DNA of 64,000 nucleotides from the human T2T-CHM13v2.0 reference genome, Homo sapiens: assembly GCF_009914755.1 (NCBI RefSeq), contig NC_060929.1; one strand, given 5' to 3'. The notes beneath the pieces were generated by a model, which did not search any database, had not been told where the DNA came from, and worked only from the letters and a program-made list of their open reading frames with translations. Positions 1-11,845 of this stretch are shown here, piece after piece. The position numbers and the translations under genes were made by a program. Position 1 is the first letter of the stretch; every line of letters begins with the position of its first letter.

Positions 1-13
1 GGTATTACTATCT
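1..13 (+). CDS. 3' end of a candidate coding exon cut by the window edge (GITI + phase-1 T)
   Basis: GTAAGT donor at 14-19. GGT ATT ACT ATC T joins in phase to the exon at 353. The acceptor lies outside the window. Confidence 0.4.
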
Positions 14-352
14 GTAAGTAGCCATGAAAATTTTACTATTTTAGTTTTCAGCCTTTCTAACAAAGAAAGCTAACACATACTTAAACTGACAAAGTCATTA
101 CCTGTCTTGCCTTTGTTAAAAAAAAAACATAAAGACTTAGATACAAGGAAGTGTGCTAGGAGAAAACATCAAAACATCTAATCATTATAAAAACAAACGA
201 CAAAATTCAGTGATGGAAAGTAAGAATTAACTGAAAATGTGTGATTTTGAATGAAATTCGTGTTTCCTTCACCCTGCATTTTGATCATGTCACATGTTCT
301 CTTGATACAAAAGCAAGATGCTTTCCATTATCTTTGTTCTATATACATACAG

Positions 353-394
353 ATGACCTTAAAGTGCAGAGACAGAGACAAAGGAAGAAGAGAG
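353..394 (+). CDS. Candidate 42-nt phase 1-1 coding exon ((Y)DLKVQRQRQRKKR)
   Basis: Pyrimidine tract then ...catacAG at 351-352; donor GAG|GTATTC at 395; open in the frame that joins the downstream exons. Confidence 0.55.
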
Positions 395-851
395 GTATTC
401 AGTGCAGAGTTGAATGTAGTTACTTTCTATGTTCTCAAGCCACCTTGACTTGAAGATGATCACGTAGCTTTTAATTATATACAATGGAATTCATGTTGTC
501 AATCAACTGGGTTTATTCTGTGGACTGCTCTTTGCATAGAGGAGAGTGGCTTTAAACAAATTATCTTCTACCATTGTTTTATTTTCCCTCTGATATGAAT
601 CCTTTCTAGTGCACTTGGCTCTCAATGCTTAATGCTTAAGGTATACTATGAGTCTGACTGCTTAATGTTGCTTAATGCTTCAAATGTAGTAGGATATAAT
701 GGAAATGATGTGAGGTTAAAGATCACAAGACCTGGATTCAAGTGCTTCCTTCTATGAAGCTCACCAATCATATCATCTGTCAAAACATTAAAGGAAACAT
801 TACTACCCACACCATGTGATTGTTGTAACAGTCAATGAGAAAAAAATAACC

Positions 852-2152
852 ATTAAGTCTCACCTATTTGCATTTGTTTTTGTTGCATTTGCTTTTGGGT
901 TCTTGGTCATGAAGTCTTTGCCAAAGCTAATGTCTAGAAGAGTTTTTCTGATGCTATCTTCTAAAATTTTTATGGTTTCAGATCCTAGATTTAAGTCTTT
1001 GATCCATCTTGCATTGATTTTTGCATAAGGTGAGAGATGAGGATCCAGTTTCATTCTCTTACCTGTGGCTTGCCAATTAATCCCAGAACCATTTGTTGAA
1101 TAGGGTGACCTTTCCCCACTTTATTTTTCTGTTTGTTTTGTCAAAGATCAGTTTGCTATAAGTATTTTGGGTTTATTTCTAGGTTCTCTATTCTGTTTCA
1201 TTAATTTAACTAAAGAGCTTCTGCACAGGAAAAGGAACAGTTGGCAGAGTAAACAGGCAGCCCACACAGTGGGAGAAAATATTCACAATCTATATATCTG
1301 ACAAAGGACTAATATTGAGAATCTGCAAAGAACTCAAACAAATCAGGAAGAAAAAAACAAACAATCCCATCAAAAAGTGGGCTAAGGACATAAACAGACA
1401 ATTCTCAAAAGAAGATATACAAGTGGACAAAAATATGAAAAAATGCTCAACATCACTAATGATCAGGGAAATGCAAATCAAAACCACAATGCAATACCAC
1501 CTTTCTTCTGCAAGAATGGCCATAATCAAAATAAAAAAAAATAGATGTCGGTATGGATATGGTAAAAAGGGAACATTTCTATGCTGCTGGCGGGAATGTA
1601 AACTAGCACTACCCCTATGGAAAACAGTGTGAAGATTCCTTAAAGAACTAAGAGTAGAACTTCCATTTGATCCAGCAATCCCACCACTGGATAGCTACCC
1701 AGAGGAACAGAAATCATTATACAAAAAGATAGTTGCACATGCATGTTTACAGCAGCACAATTCACAATTGCAAAAATATGGACCCGGCCCAAATGCCCAT
1801 CAATCAATGACTGGATAAAGAAATTGTGGTGTATATATGCGATGGAATACTACTCAGCCATAAAATGGAATGATTTAATGGCATTTGCAGCAACCTGGAT
1901 AACATTGGAGACTATTATCCTAAGTGAAGTAACTCAAGAATGAAAAACCAAACATCCTAGATTCTGACTCATAAGTGGGAGCTAAGCTATGAGGATGCGA
2001 AGGCATAAGAATGATACAATGGACTTTAGAGACTCAGGGGAAAGGGCAGGAGGGAGATGAGGGATAAAAGACTACAAATGGGGTTCAGTGTATACTCCTT
2101 GGGTGATGGGTGCTCCAAAATACCACAAATCACTACTAAAGAACTTACTCAT
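852..2152 (+). mobile_element. L1PB1-like LINE-1 3' fragment with 5' inversion (852-1200 minus, 1201-2152 plus); extreme 3' end and tail missing
   Basis: ORF2 C-terminal peptides occur on both strands (KLDPHLSPYAKIN minus; [10 protein letters not shown] and MEYYSAIK plus); L1PB-type 3'UTR gagctaagctatgaggatgc...agactacaaat. Confidence 0.9.
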
Positions 2153-2289
2153 CAATCTTTTCTATAATTATGGAACATTAACATTCAGCATTCTACAAAC
2201 CTCATGGAGAAATAGACAAGTCATTATGTACTTTGTAATATAATCATCACTAAAATAGAAATAATACACAAGTGAAGCAGTAGTTATAA

Positions 2290-4200
2290 TGATTATTTAA
2301 ATCTGTGTAGAGAAGATAGGAAGGGCTGCTTAGAGAATATAGTCCTTGCACCGAGACTCTTAAGAACATATAAGATCTTCTAGGGAAGTAAGATGTGGGA
2401 GGGAATTCATGAAGAAGGGGAGGAGCCAAGAACTATTGAATGTGATGTATTAGGAGAGGTGTGACGGATAGAAGGCTGGACAAGAAAGCAAAGGCCACAT
2501 CATAAAGAGCCTTAGTATATGCCTGATTAAGGAGGTACATTCTGTTGTGTAGGCTATAGGGAAGTTTGAAGAATTTTGAGCAAGTCAAAGAACAAAGAGA
2601 GAGAGAGAAAGAAAGAAAGAGAAATAAAGAAAGCAACCCAATAACATTGTCCAGAATGGATTGGAAGGGGTGGGAAGCCTGTGAGTAGACTATTGCAATT
2701 GTCCTACATGGAATGATAGATGATACCATGAATACCTGGGAGTGGGCAGGTGGGTTGTGGATTATTTGGGAAGTAAATTAACTGAATGTTTTGATCAATT
2801 TGATATGGAAGGGAGTGAAGAAGCTTATTGAGACTCAGATTTTTGGCTGGATATTATTATTCTCTGAGATAAGGAATTTGGAGGACAGAGTCAGAGTAGC
2901 TTAAATGATTGAGAGTATAGTTCAAAGCAACCTGAGTTTGAGATATAGACAAAGTAGGAGATGGGGCTTTGGAGGATCTAAGTAGCGATGCACAGACAGC
3001 CATTAGATATCCTGTAATTCACTCATTCAATATTCATTAAATATCTATGGGCCAGGCACTAGGCTGGGCAGAGAGGATGTAAGATGATAGAATATAGTTT
3101 CCTCAAGGATTTTGTTGTCCTACTGGAAAATAATCATATACTACTGTAAGTTAAATGAAACCATGTAAATGTTAAGATAAAGGTAAATAAAGAACATGAG
3201 GGATAATACATTAATTTGGTTCTTAAAAGGAACGCCTAGAATGGAAGTTCATTGGTTTAAGAACATCAACATGGAGGCAATTGATGAACCCATGGGCATT
3301 GCTGGGATTGCACAGGGAAACATGTAAGATGAGAAGAGAAAATTACTGAGGTCTACCTAGAAGTCACCAACAAGCTTGAGAAAGGAGAGGCAGGACAGAG
3401 TGGTACTTAACAGCAGGGGTGTTGTTTCAGAAAAGACCAAGATTTGAGTCCCAGCTCTGCCTCTTCTGAATGATTACCTTGTAAGACTTATTCAACCTCT
3501 TTAAGGATATTTTATCATTTAAAAAATGAACGTGTTGTTACTAGGTCTGACTCAAAGGGGTGTGGAAAGAATTAGAGAAATGATGTTTAAGCCTAGAAGA
3601 CACATAGTATTTTAAGTTAAAATGTTTAAAAATATTTTAAATCTCCAGTAAAATTGGAAAACAAGAGTTTAAAGATGAGAATAAGAACAGGGAGACAGTC
3701 CTGCCTTGGAAGCTAGGAAATAAAATAATTTCAAAATAGAAGTCAGTAGTCATCTGTGCCAGATATTGCAGCAAGGCTAATATAGTGAGGAATAAAAATT
3801 GTCTGTTGGGTTGAGGGATAGAAGGCCATTTTTTGCCTTGAGTGAAAGTGGTTTCTAATGTCTTCTGGAGCCAGTGGTTTGAAGGTGGATGGAGGGTAAA
3901 GAATTGCAAAGAACAAGACACAATTATTCTTTCAGGAATGTTGGTGCTGAAAGAGGAGGTAGATAGCTTGAGGGAGATGAAGTGTCAAAGGGAGAGCATT
4001 GTTTTTCCTCTAAGATGGTAAAAACTGTTTTCTATGTGGATAAGAGAGAATCCGTGAAGAAGAAAATGGTGAAGAAACAGGAAAGAAAAAATACTTGGAT
4101 TGAGGCCCAGGAGACTGTTGAGGATATGAGGACTGGAGCATTTACCGCTGGGTGAGCTTTGAAGAGGACCTAAGTTAGCAGGGATGGAGAAATTATCTTG
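2290..4200 (-). mobile_element. Degraded L2 LINE fragments with an embedded MIR (~3400-3610, +)
   Basis: Purine-rich L2-type motifs (gaagaattttgagcaag; L2 end attcactcattcaa...gccaggcact at ~3017-3065); MIR core tttgagtcccagctctgcc. Confidence 0.6.
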
Positions 4201-4389
4201 ATTAGGTCATCTCTGTGTGTTGAGTTTCAGTTTTCATGGAGATGGGTGGTTATTGCCCAATGGGGTCAAGCAGACGGCTTCTATGAATAGAGCTGGCCTG
4301 CCTGAGTGCATCTGCAGACATTATGTGAGTGGTAGGGCTTAGATGGAATTAGAGCACTGAGGCTCCTCTGTTTCAGCTGGTTGTACCTT

Positions 4390-4570
4390 GTAAGAATATT
4401 GAGGCCAAAGTTGTGAGACATTCCAGTTTTTCAAAAGAAGCCAAAAGCTTGGATTTTATATGAAATATCCTGGTTTTATTTGGGTTCTCATTTAAAGGAA
4501 ACAAAAAGCCAAGCCCAACAAAACCCACCTGTGTGCTAGACTTGGCCCATGGACCACTAGCTTGTAATTT
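4390..4570. mobile_element. hAT-type DNA transposon fossil (subfamily uncertain)
   Basis: Motifs caaagttg...tttttcaaaagaagcc...ggattttatatgaaat and ttggcccatggaccactag. Confidence 0.4.
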
Positions 4571-5508
4571 CTACCACGAGAAGAGAGAATGCAGTGTTGG
4601 AAAAGATAGAGACTCTGAACTAGTAAGACAAATACACAGACAGGGGCACATGGTCAGAGATCAGGAGACTATGAACTATCTGACTCATTTGTTGCTCTAA
4701 AGGTAGGCTTAATGGTTGCTGTGAATGAAGACATCAATAGAAATAATAAGAAAGCCAGTAACAGCCTTCATATTTTAAAGGTGCTTCCCTTCTTGTCCCC
4801 ACTTTGCACTGACACGTGTATGCTCAGCCATTCTTGCTTGTGCTCCTCCCCTGACTACTCCAAACACATCCAAGCATCTTCCTCCATTACCACCAGGATT
4901 CTTCACTTCTCCTCTGGTACCAAAGCCCCAAGGGGAGGATGGGCAAAGGAGAGTGGTTTAAATTGGAAAGAAAAAGAGCTTTCAATCCAATTTCATCCCC
5001 TTTCCCACCTTATCCTGACCTTAGACGTGTTGGAAGGGATGGCATTTTCCTATATTACAAAAGTAAGTTGCAGTCCACTAATATTATAGTCTCCTTGGCT
5101 CCATCTCTAACCTGGCAAGCATGGAAAAAATGGAAGTTTACATATTGAAAAAAAAAAAACAACTTCTAGATTAGCTCATGTTTTGTTTGGAAAACATATG
5201 ACTCTGCCTGGAGATAGTAGAGTAATGCAGTTCCTTTATGGTGTGGGGGGATATTGTGACATTTCCTAAGCATAGTAGCCTCGTGGTTTCTTGGATGGTA
5301 AATGTCTAAAAGAAACTTGCAAAAAGTTGTTTTGTAAACTTAACAGAAACTTAAGATAAAAAATGTCATTTTTGGCTCTAACTGCAATAATTGCTTAGAG
5401 AGTACCACATGCGTATTTTAAAAGGTTTCAGAAGAAAATATTTAATCATTACATGCTGAATTATATGTATAATTCTTTAGTAAAAAGTGTTGTTTTCTCT
5501 TATTGTAG

Positions 5509-5547
5509 AATGTGGAATAAGAGAAGTGTTAATTTCTCTTCCTGAAG
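5509..5547 (+). CDS. Candidate 39-nt phase 1-1 coding exon (ECGIREVLISLPE)
   Basis: Acceptor tgttttctcttattgtAG; consensus donor AAG|GTAAGT; open frame. Confidence 0.7.
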
Positions 5548-5979
5548 GTAAGTATAATTGTGGTAAACCTAAAGTAAGACTGATGGTATATATTGCCAGG
5601 AGCAAAGATATACACAATGGCTGAATGGCACTACCAGGGACCTTCAAAAGCTTTGTGCAAGAGGAGACTGCAGGTGTGCACTCACTGCTGTGCCCTTGGT
5701 GACTAGCTCAAAGTCTAGACTATGCAGAGGGCTCCCTAATCATTTTTAAAAGGAAGAAATGGGAGTTATGTGTGAGGTACGTATTTTAGTTTGCATATAA
5801 CTATTTTGTTACTTTACTTTTTAAAGTTTGAATTTTGCCTCAATTAGATTATTTTCTTTATTAGGTTTTTATTTTAAATATATAGCATTGATACTTCATT
5901 GTAGTAACTCAATAAATTTTTGGTGTGTCTACACAGCTTTTCCACATTGAACTAATTTGTTCTGATTTTTTCCACTTAG

Positions 5980-6011
5980 CTGCTAAAGTCCTTCAACGCT
6001 GTGCAGATACA
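5980..6011 (+). CDS. Candidate 32-nt phase 1-0 coding exon (AAKVLQRCADT)
   Basis: Branch-point-like ACTAAT at 5951, acceptor ttttttccacttAG, donor ACA|GTAAGG. Confidence 0.65.
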
Positions 6012-6528
6012 GTAAGGATGTATTCTCTAGGAAATTGAAGAGACGTTTTTAGTCCCCATTGCAACTTTTTCAGTCTCTCTTCTGTAGAACACTAGTATGA
6101 GTCAAGATGTTAAAGAGGTCGGCCAAAAAAGTTTATGGTGGCCAAGTAAGTTTAGGAAAGACAGCATTTTGGGACTAGACCTTTGGGAAAGTCTTTTTTT
6201 TTTTTTCCTCCTCTAACGCAATTCAGCATTGAAAGCCTTGATATATATTAGTTTATTAAGGGCTCTGAAAAATCCTTCAATAAAATAAATCTATTTAGTT
6301 TTATTTATCCAAGCACACCCAATTTTTTTGACCATGGGATCTATTTCTAGTGGTATTAAGTGTTCCATACAAAAAGCTTATAAAATGTTGCCCTGCCCTG
6401 TACTTATATAGTTGTGCTAATTCTTAATATATTATAAATCAAATTGAATGTACCATGAAAAAGAAATAAAACTAAAACAAATTTGGACATCACTTTCTGA
6501 TACTTGTAAGGTTTTTCTTTATTTTTAG

Positions 6529-6549
6529 AAAATACACGATGAACTTTAA
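6529..6549 (+). CDS. Coding part of candidate terminal exon (KIHDEL*)
   Basis: Acceptor gtttttctttatttttAG at 6527-6528, then AAA ATA CAC GAT GAA CTT TAA in phase 0, matching the upstream exon. Confidence 0.65.
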   Translation, partial: KIHDEL

Positions 6550-6750
6550 AGTGTATGAAATGTGTGCAGAGTAGTTAAATGACCTAACAGGGTTCTTTGG
6601 TTTCTAATGTATAATTTTCCAAGCCAAAAAGGACACTATGCACCTTGGAAAGTGGATAAATAGATACAGATATCCACGTTATTGACCCTTTTCATTTTGT
6701 CTGTAATACATTCAAAATTCCCAGGGCTACACTGCATTGTCTTCAGATAT

Positions 6751-6756
6751 AATAAA
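6751..6756 (+). promoter_or_regulatory. Candidate polyadenylation signal for the HDEL-ending transcript
   Basis: AATAAA about 200 nt after the TAA stop; a second AATAAA lies at 7574-7579. Confidence 0.4.
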
Positions 6757-7820
6757 TTCTACTTTGAACGTGAAACGTACAACTCTCACATATTGGCAGA
6801 AAATTGTCTCTTGACATGCTTATATGCCATAGAATCTGAAATGTTTTCGAGATGAGAGAAAATTTGATATTGTCCATGTCAACATGGTATGGACTGTGCT
6901 TTATAAGAAACTGAAATCCAGTTTCTATTAGGTTTACATACATCATTCCACCCTTGGGGAAAGAAATATGTATAGTAAACCTATGATCAGAGCTGTTGAG
7001 AACTGACAGGTCTTATTTAATTTGTTTTAAAATCTGAAGGCATACTATATTTCTAAAGAGCCTGAGGCATCCACATTGTAAAAGTTGAGCAGCTAACCTG
7101 CAAAACAGATTAATATGTATGACTGGAATTTAGCATTCCATATTTTATTCATACTTCACTCTTCGATGTATTGTGGAAGGCTGGTAATATTATTTTAGGT
7201 CTCACTTTTTTTTCATGGAAGTGGGGATAACAGAGGGCAGGATATGGATGTGTAAGGCTGATGGTGTCCTCCACAAGAAGAAATTTAGAAAACAAAACCT
7301 TTTGACTGCATATGCTCTGGAACTGACCTACACAGCTTGGTTTCCTAAGCCTTGAAAAAAATTGAATTCAGGAAGATCAGGATCCTAATGTCTACGAAAT
7401 GATGACTACATAGATAAGAAACGGCATCTACATGGTCGAAGGGATAAGTATAATCAGGCACTATCACATTGATATCTTTTCTTGGTCAGTTCTGAGAAAA
7501 GCTGTTAAAAATGAATAACTGCTTGTGACATACGAACAGGAGTACATCCACCGTCAGTGTTTTACACAAAAAGAATAAATAGTGCTATAAGAGAGAGAGT
7601 TCTTTGGCTCATTCAATGCCTTTGGACATTGTTGAACATGAGTAGACCTTTGTGAAAATCCAAAATTCCATGGACAATTAAGATTCCAAGATGGTTATTC
7701 AAACTATCCAGAAAAAGCTTCCCCTGGTCAGTTCAGCAATAATTAAGTATATATATAAAGATCTTTGGCAGAAAATCTTTATTGGATTATGAAATTAAAA
7801 TGACAGGTCTGGATAGCTAA

Positions 7821-8140
<320 letters not shown>

Positions 8141-8299
8141 TGAGAGTAACTCTTTAACAGAGAAGCCCCTCTAAGGTTTGTGACCCTTCCTGCTGAAAAG
8201 GTTACAAAGTTCCTCTCCTTAGGCTATGATATCTGTCCAGAACAGAGTATTTGGTACTTCTGGAATGATGGGGTTACAGAGAAAGCCCTGTTGCATAGA

Positions 8300-8613
8300 A
8301 TGCTCTGTGTTTCCTGTACTGCTTCCTTTTCCTGGGAATACAGGAAGACCACATTCTCCTAAACCTCTTGCTGTGTAGTTGGGGCAATGAAACTGGCCAC
8401 TGTCACATGCATGTAAGTGATGTTTGCTACTTCCATATGTGGTGCTTTAAAACATCCCAGGGGAGCAGTGTGAATCCCTGAATTACCCACCCAGAGCTGC
8501 CCAAACTTCATTACATTTTGTGAGAGTAAAAACTAGACTTTTTTTTTGGTATTATGTCACTGGTTTGTAGGTTTATCTGTTGCAATAACTAGTATTAATT
8601 ACCCTGAGTAATA
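8300..8613 (+). mobile_element. Old MLT1-type MaLR LTR, internally deleted
   Basis: cttccttttcctggg...agttggggcaatgaaactggcc and a MaLR-type end ...accctgagtaata. Confidence 0.5.
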
Positions 8614-9203
8614 AACTCAGAAAACAATCAAATAAGCTGGCAGTTAAGTACTTTCATTAAATTTTGTCCCATTAAATATTTTCATATTGGTCGATCTCAT
8701 TAATAATGGAGCAAAAGTGTCCACAGGCCCCTCATACACTTACCAATAGTCTAGGAATGTCGTATCACATGGAAACAAGCATTAATAGTCTGAATAAACA
8801 TGTCAAAGGGTGATGGGCTGTTATTTTGTTTACCTTAATGAAAATCTTATTCACAGACATTTATTTCAGTGTGGCTTAGATTCTTTTAGTCCATTGGCCT
8901 CAGGGCTTTTAAAAATGTACATTATAGGTTGAGTTCTGGGACTTCTGTCCCAGAGAAATGAGACTGTTGTGCAATTCAGGCAAGAATACTTAATTTTAAG
9001 TATTTACGGCTACTTAGTGTTTACTACCAGTGCTTTCTCAGATCTGTCTCGTGCCTCCATATCAATCCACGTCAGCCCCACATAGAACCAAGCTATGTTA
9101 CATTTCTGTTGAGTGATAGAAAAATGTAATTTGAGTCACAGAGGTATTCAAATATATGGATAATTTTCCTGCAGGATAAATAGACACTCTTGGGGACACT
9201 GGT

Positions 9204-9255
9204 TCCATTGGTTCCTACATTCAAATGACACCGTTTGAATGTAGGAACCGATGGA
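9204..9255. repeat. 24-bp-arm inverted repeat with 4-nt loop
   Basis: tccattggttcctacattcaaatg-acac-cgtttgaatgtaggaaccgatgga; 22/24 Watson-Crick pairs, and the other two are G-U on the + strand. Confidence 0.9.
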
Positions 9256-9299
9256 TATGTCTGTCCAGCTGATGAGGTGAGGGAGGGAGTGGGCCATGT

Positions 9300-9520
9300 G
9301 GAATCAGCAATGGCCTTGGGACTGGAAAGTCTGCTGCCAAGTTCTTACCTGGCAACTACTGTTATGTGACCTTAATATTTATCAGGAATAACTTAGTGTT
9401 TGAGAAAGTCAGTGTTCTGATTTGTAAAATGGGGATAATAATATCTGGCCAGCTTCCTTCACGTGATTGCTTTAAATTGTAAATAAGTTAATATACGTGA
9501 GTGTGTTTGGCAAAATTTAT
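9300..9520 (+). mobile_element. MIR SINE
   Basis: Core motifs tatgtgacctt and tttgtaaaatggggataataata. Confidence 0.65.
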
Positions 9521-10689
9521 ACCAGCCTATTCTTCTGGTTAATTTAGGATTATTAGTTAGCAGTCTTGAGCCAAAGCTGGAAAAGCACAAATGTGCATGC
9601 CATTCACTTTTTGAATAGAGACATCGTGAAGGAGCTATAAGAAGGGAGCAACTCACACCCCATTCATCCACAATTGCTCAGTGTTTAGAGTTAAGAGGTT
9701 GAAGATCCCTCGCCTGCAGAACTTCGGCAATGGACTCCTATGGATATGCTAACGTCAGAGAATAAAACAATATTTTCGCATCTAGATTAGTTAGCCCTTT
9801 ATGATTAAGAAAATAGGCAGACTTCACTGGAGGGGCTTTTAAATAGGGGGAGAAAAAGCATCCCAGATACAGACAGAAATCATGTGACACAGATCATAAA
9901 ATTTCTCCTGAGCTGTATTTAATTAGAAATTGCTGGAACTATTTGGCATGCAAACAGCTGCTGTCAGATCTGCACAGCATTTCCCAGCCTTGGAACAGCT
10001 GTATATAGTTTTTCTTTCTCTTTCCAACTAGACCTATGTAGAAAACCTGTTATGTTCTGGCAGGAGTTTGGAGTTATTCTCATGAGCTAATCAGATCAGC
10101 TTAGACAATACATGAAAAAGATTTGAGTGTTTTATATTTAAACAATCCTTTATCCTTATTTTGTTGAAACTTTCTCAGAATGTTTTCAGTGTGAGCTCGT
10201 GAATTTTTTTGAAGGGAAAATATTTCAAAGCACCCTGGAAGCTCTAGCAGTATTGCAGAGGGTCTGTTACACTTTGAGCTGGTACAATTTTAGTGCCGTT
10301 AAACTCATGTGAGCTGGAGGCACTCTTTAGCTCAGGCTTTTGGAATGTGCTACTAATTATAATGAGGTGAAGGGGTGAGGGATCTTTGAATTTTGTTCTA
10401 AAAGGATAGGATAGACAATGCTTCTCATCTTGAACAGTCACCATGCAAATTAATTGTGGTGGTCACAAGGACGAGAAGAGGGTGAATATTTCTGTGTGGT
10501 CATCCCCACTGCCAGGGGAAACATTAATTTCAAACACATGCTTCACTGGTGATTAATAGTATTATATAGCCACGCCCAAGGGAGTACAGGGTGTGTGTAT
10601 GTGTGTGCGAATGTGCACACGTGTGTGCATGCGTGCATGCACACACATAAAAGCTGTTCTGAAGAGTTCATGGGACTTTAAGATCTGCT

Positions 10690-11450
10690 ATGGGAGTGGT
10701 TCCTACTAGGGAAATTAAATCCTTTCCCCCAAAAGCAACTCTAACAGTGGACAAAATGGTCAAAAACAACCATTTCACAGCACTCTAGAATCTGATCAAA
10801 AGCATGCAACTTACTGAGAAGGGCTTATTCATGAGAACTACTGGATCTTGGTTAAGAACAGAATGAACCTGTGGCTCTATTCCCAGGGGCTATTTCTAGC
10901 CTCCCAACTCTGTCACTGTAGTAGCTCAACCAGGGCAGGCAGAACATTCATAAAACCATCCAGCTTAACTGTTCCTGCAGAAATGGTGTCTTCATCCTTT
11001 CAGGCTGCTGTAATAGGCTAGGAGGTTTATAAACAATTTATTTATTGAGAACTTTATTTCTCATAGTTCTGGAGGCTGAGAAGATCAAGGACAAGGCACT
11101 GACAGATTCAGTGTCTTGTGAGGGCACACTTCCTGGTTCAGGGCCCTGAGGGTCCACTTATTGGCAAAGAGGTTCATTTAATTAGGAGCATTGCCAGTTA
11201 AAGGGGCAACTTGGTGGTAAGTGAACAGGGAGGGCCAGCAGCTCTGTTTGCCTGAGATTGTGAACCCATTTGGGGCAAACAGTATTCAGAAGAACAGGCA
11301 GAGAGTTGGCAGAGATTTCTAGGATGTAAGAGAGCTTTAAAGGCTTGCTAAGCTCTGCTCTATGCTGGATTCTGCAAGCCATGTACATGCACAGCAGAGA
11401 TCAAAGCAGCTCATGCCACCATGACACACATCCTTGGCAGATGCATCCTG
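10690..11450 (+). mobile_element. Ancient L1M 5'-region fragment interrupted by a minus-strand MST/MLT1A LTR piece (~10987-11140)
   Basis: ggacaaaatggtcaaaaacaaccatttcacagcactctagaa resembles old L1M 5' ends; the insert carries tttatttctcatagttctggaggctgagaag. Confidence 0.55.
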
Positions 11451-11629
11451 AATACAGGGGTGCAGGGTAGATGGGAGGGAGCCAATCATTGGCCCCTTCA
11501 TTGAAGATTCTTCTATGCACCACTAAAAACTTTGGACTCAATCCAACAGCAGTGAAATGTCACTTGGATTTTGAAAGAATAATTCTAGTAGCCATGTGAA
11601 ATGGGGAGAAGATGAGAAACTAAAATTGT

Positions 11630-11845
11630 ATTCCTCAAACTGTGATGCCTTGTCCTAGAATAATAAAACTGTATCAGGATCATCTAGAGAGCCTACCGAA
11701 ATGCAAATTCCTGCATTCCAGTTCAGACTTACTGAATTAGAAGCATAATTCAGCAGTTCAGGGATAGGGCCCAGAAATGGACAATTTTTACAAACATGGC
11801 AGGTGATTGTGAGGCATCCTAGGCCAGAAGGTTAAAAACCAGGGA
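11630..11845. mobile_element. MER5-type hAT-Charlie element
   Basis: atgcaaattcctg...agacttactgaattagaa...ggcccagaaat...caggtgatt. Confidence 0.65.
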
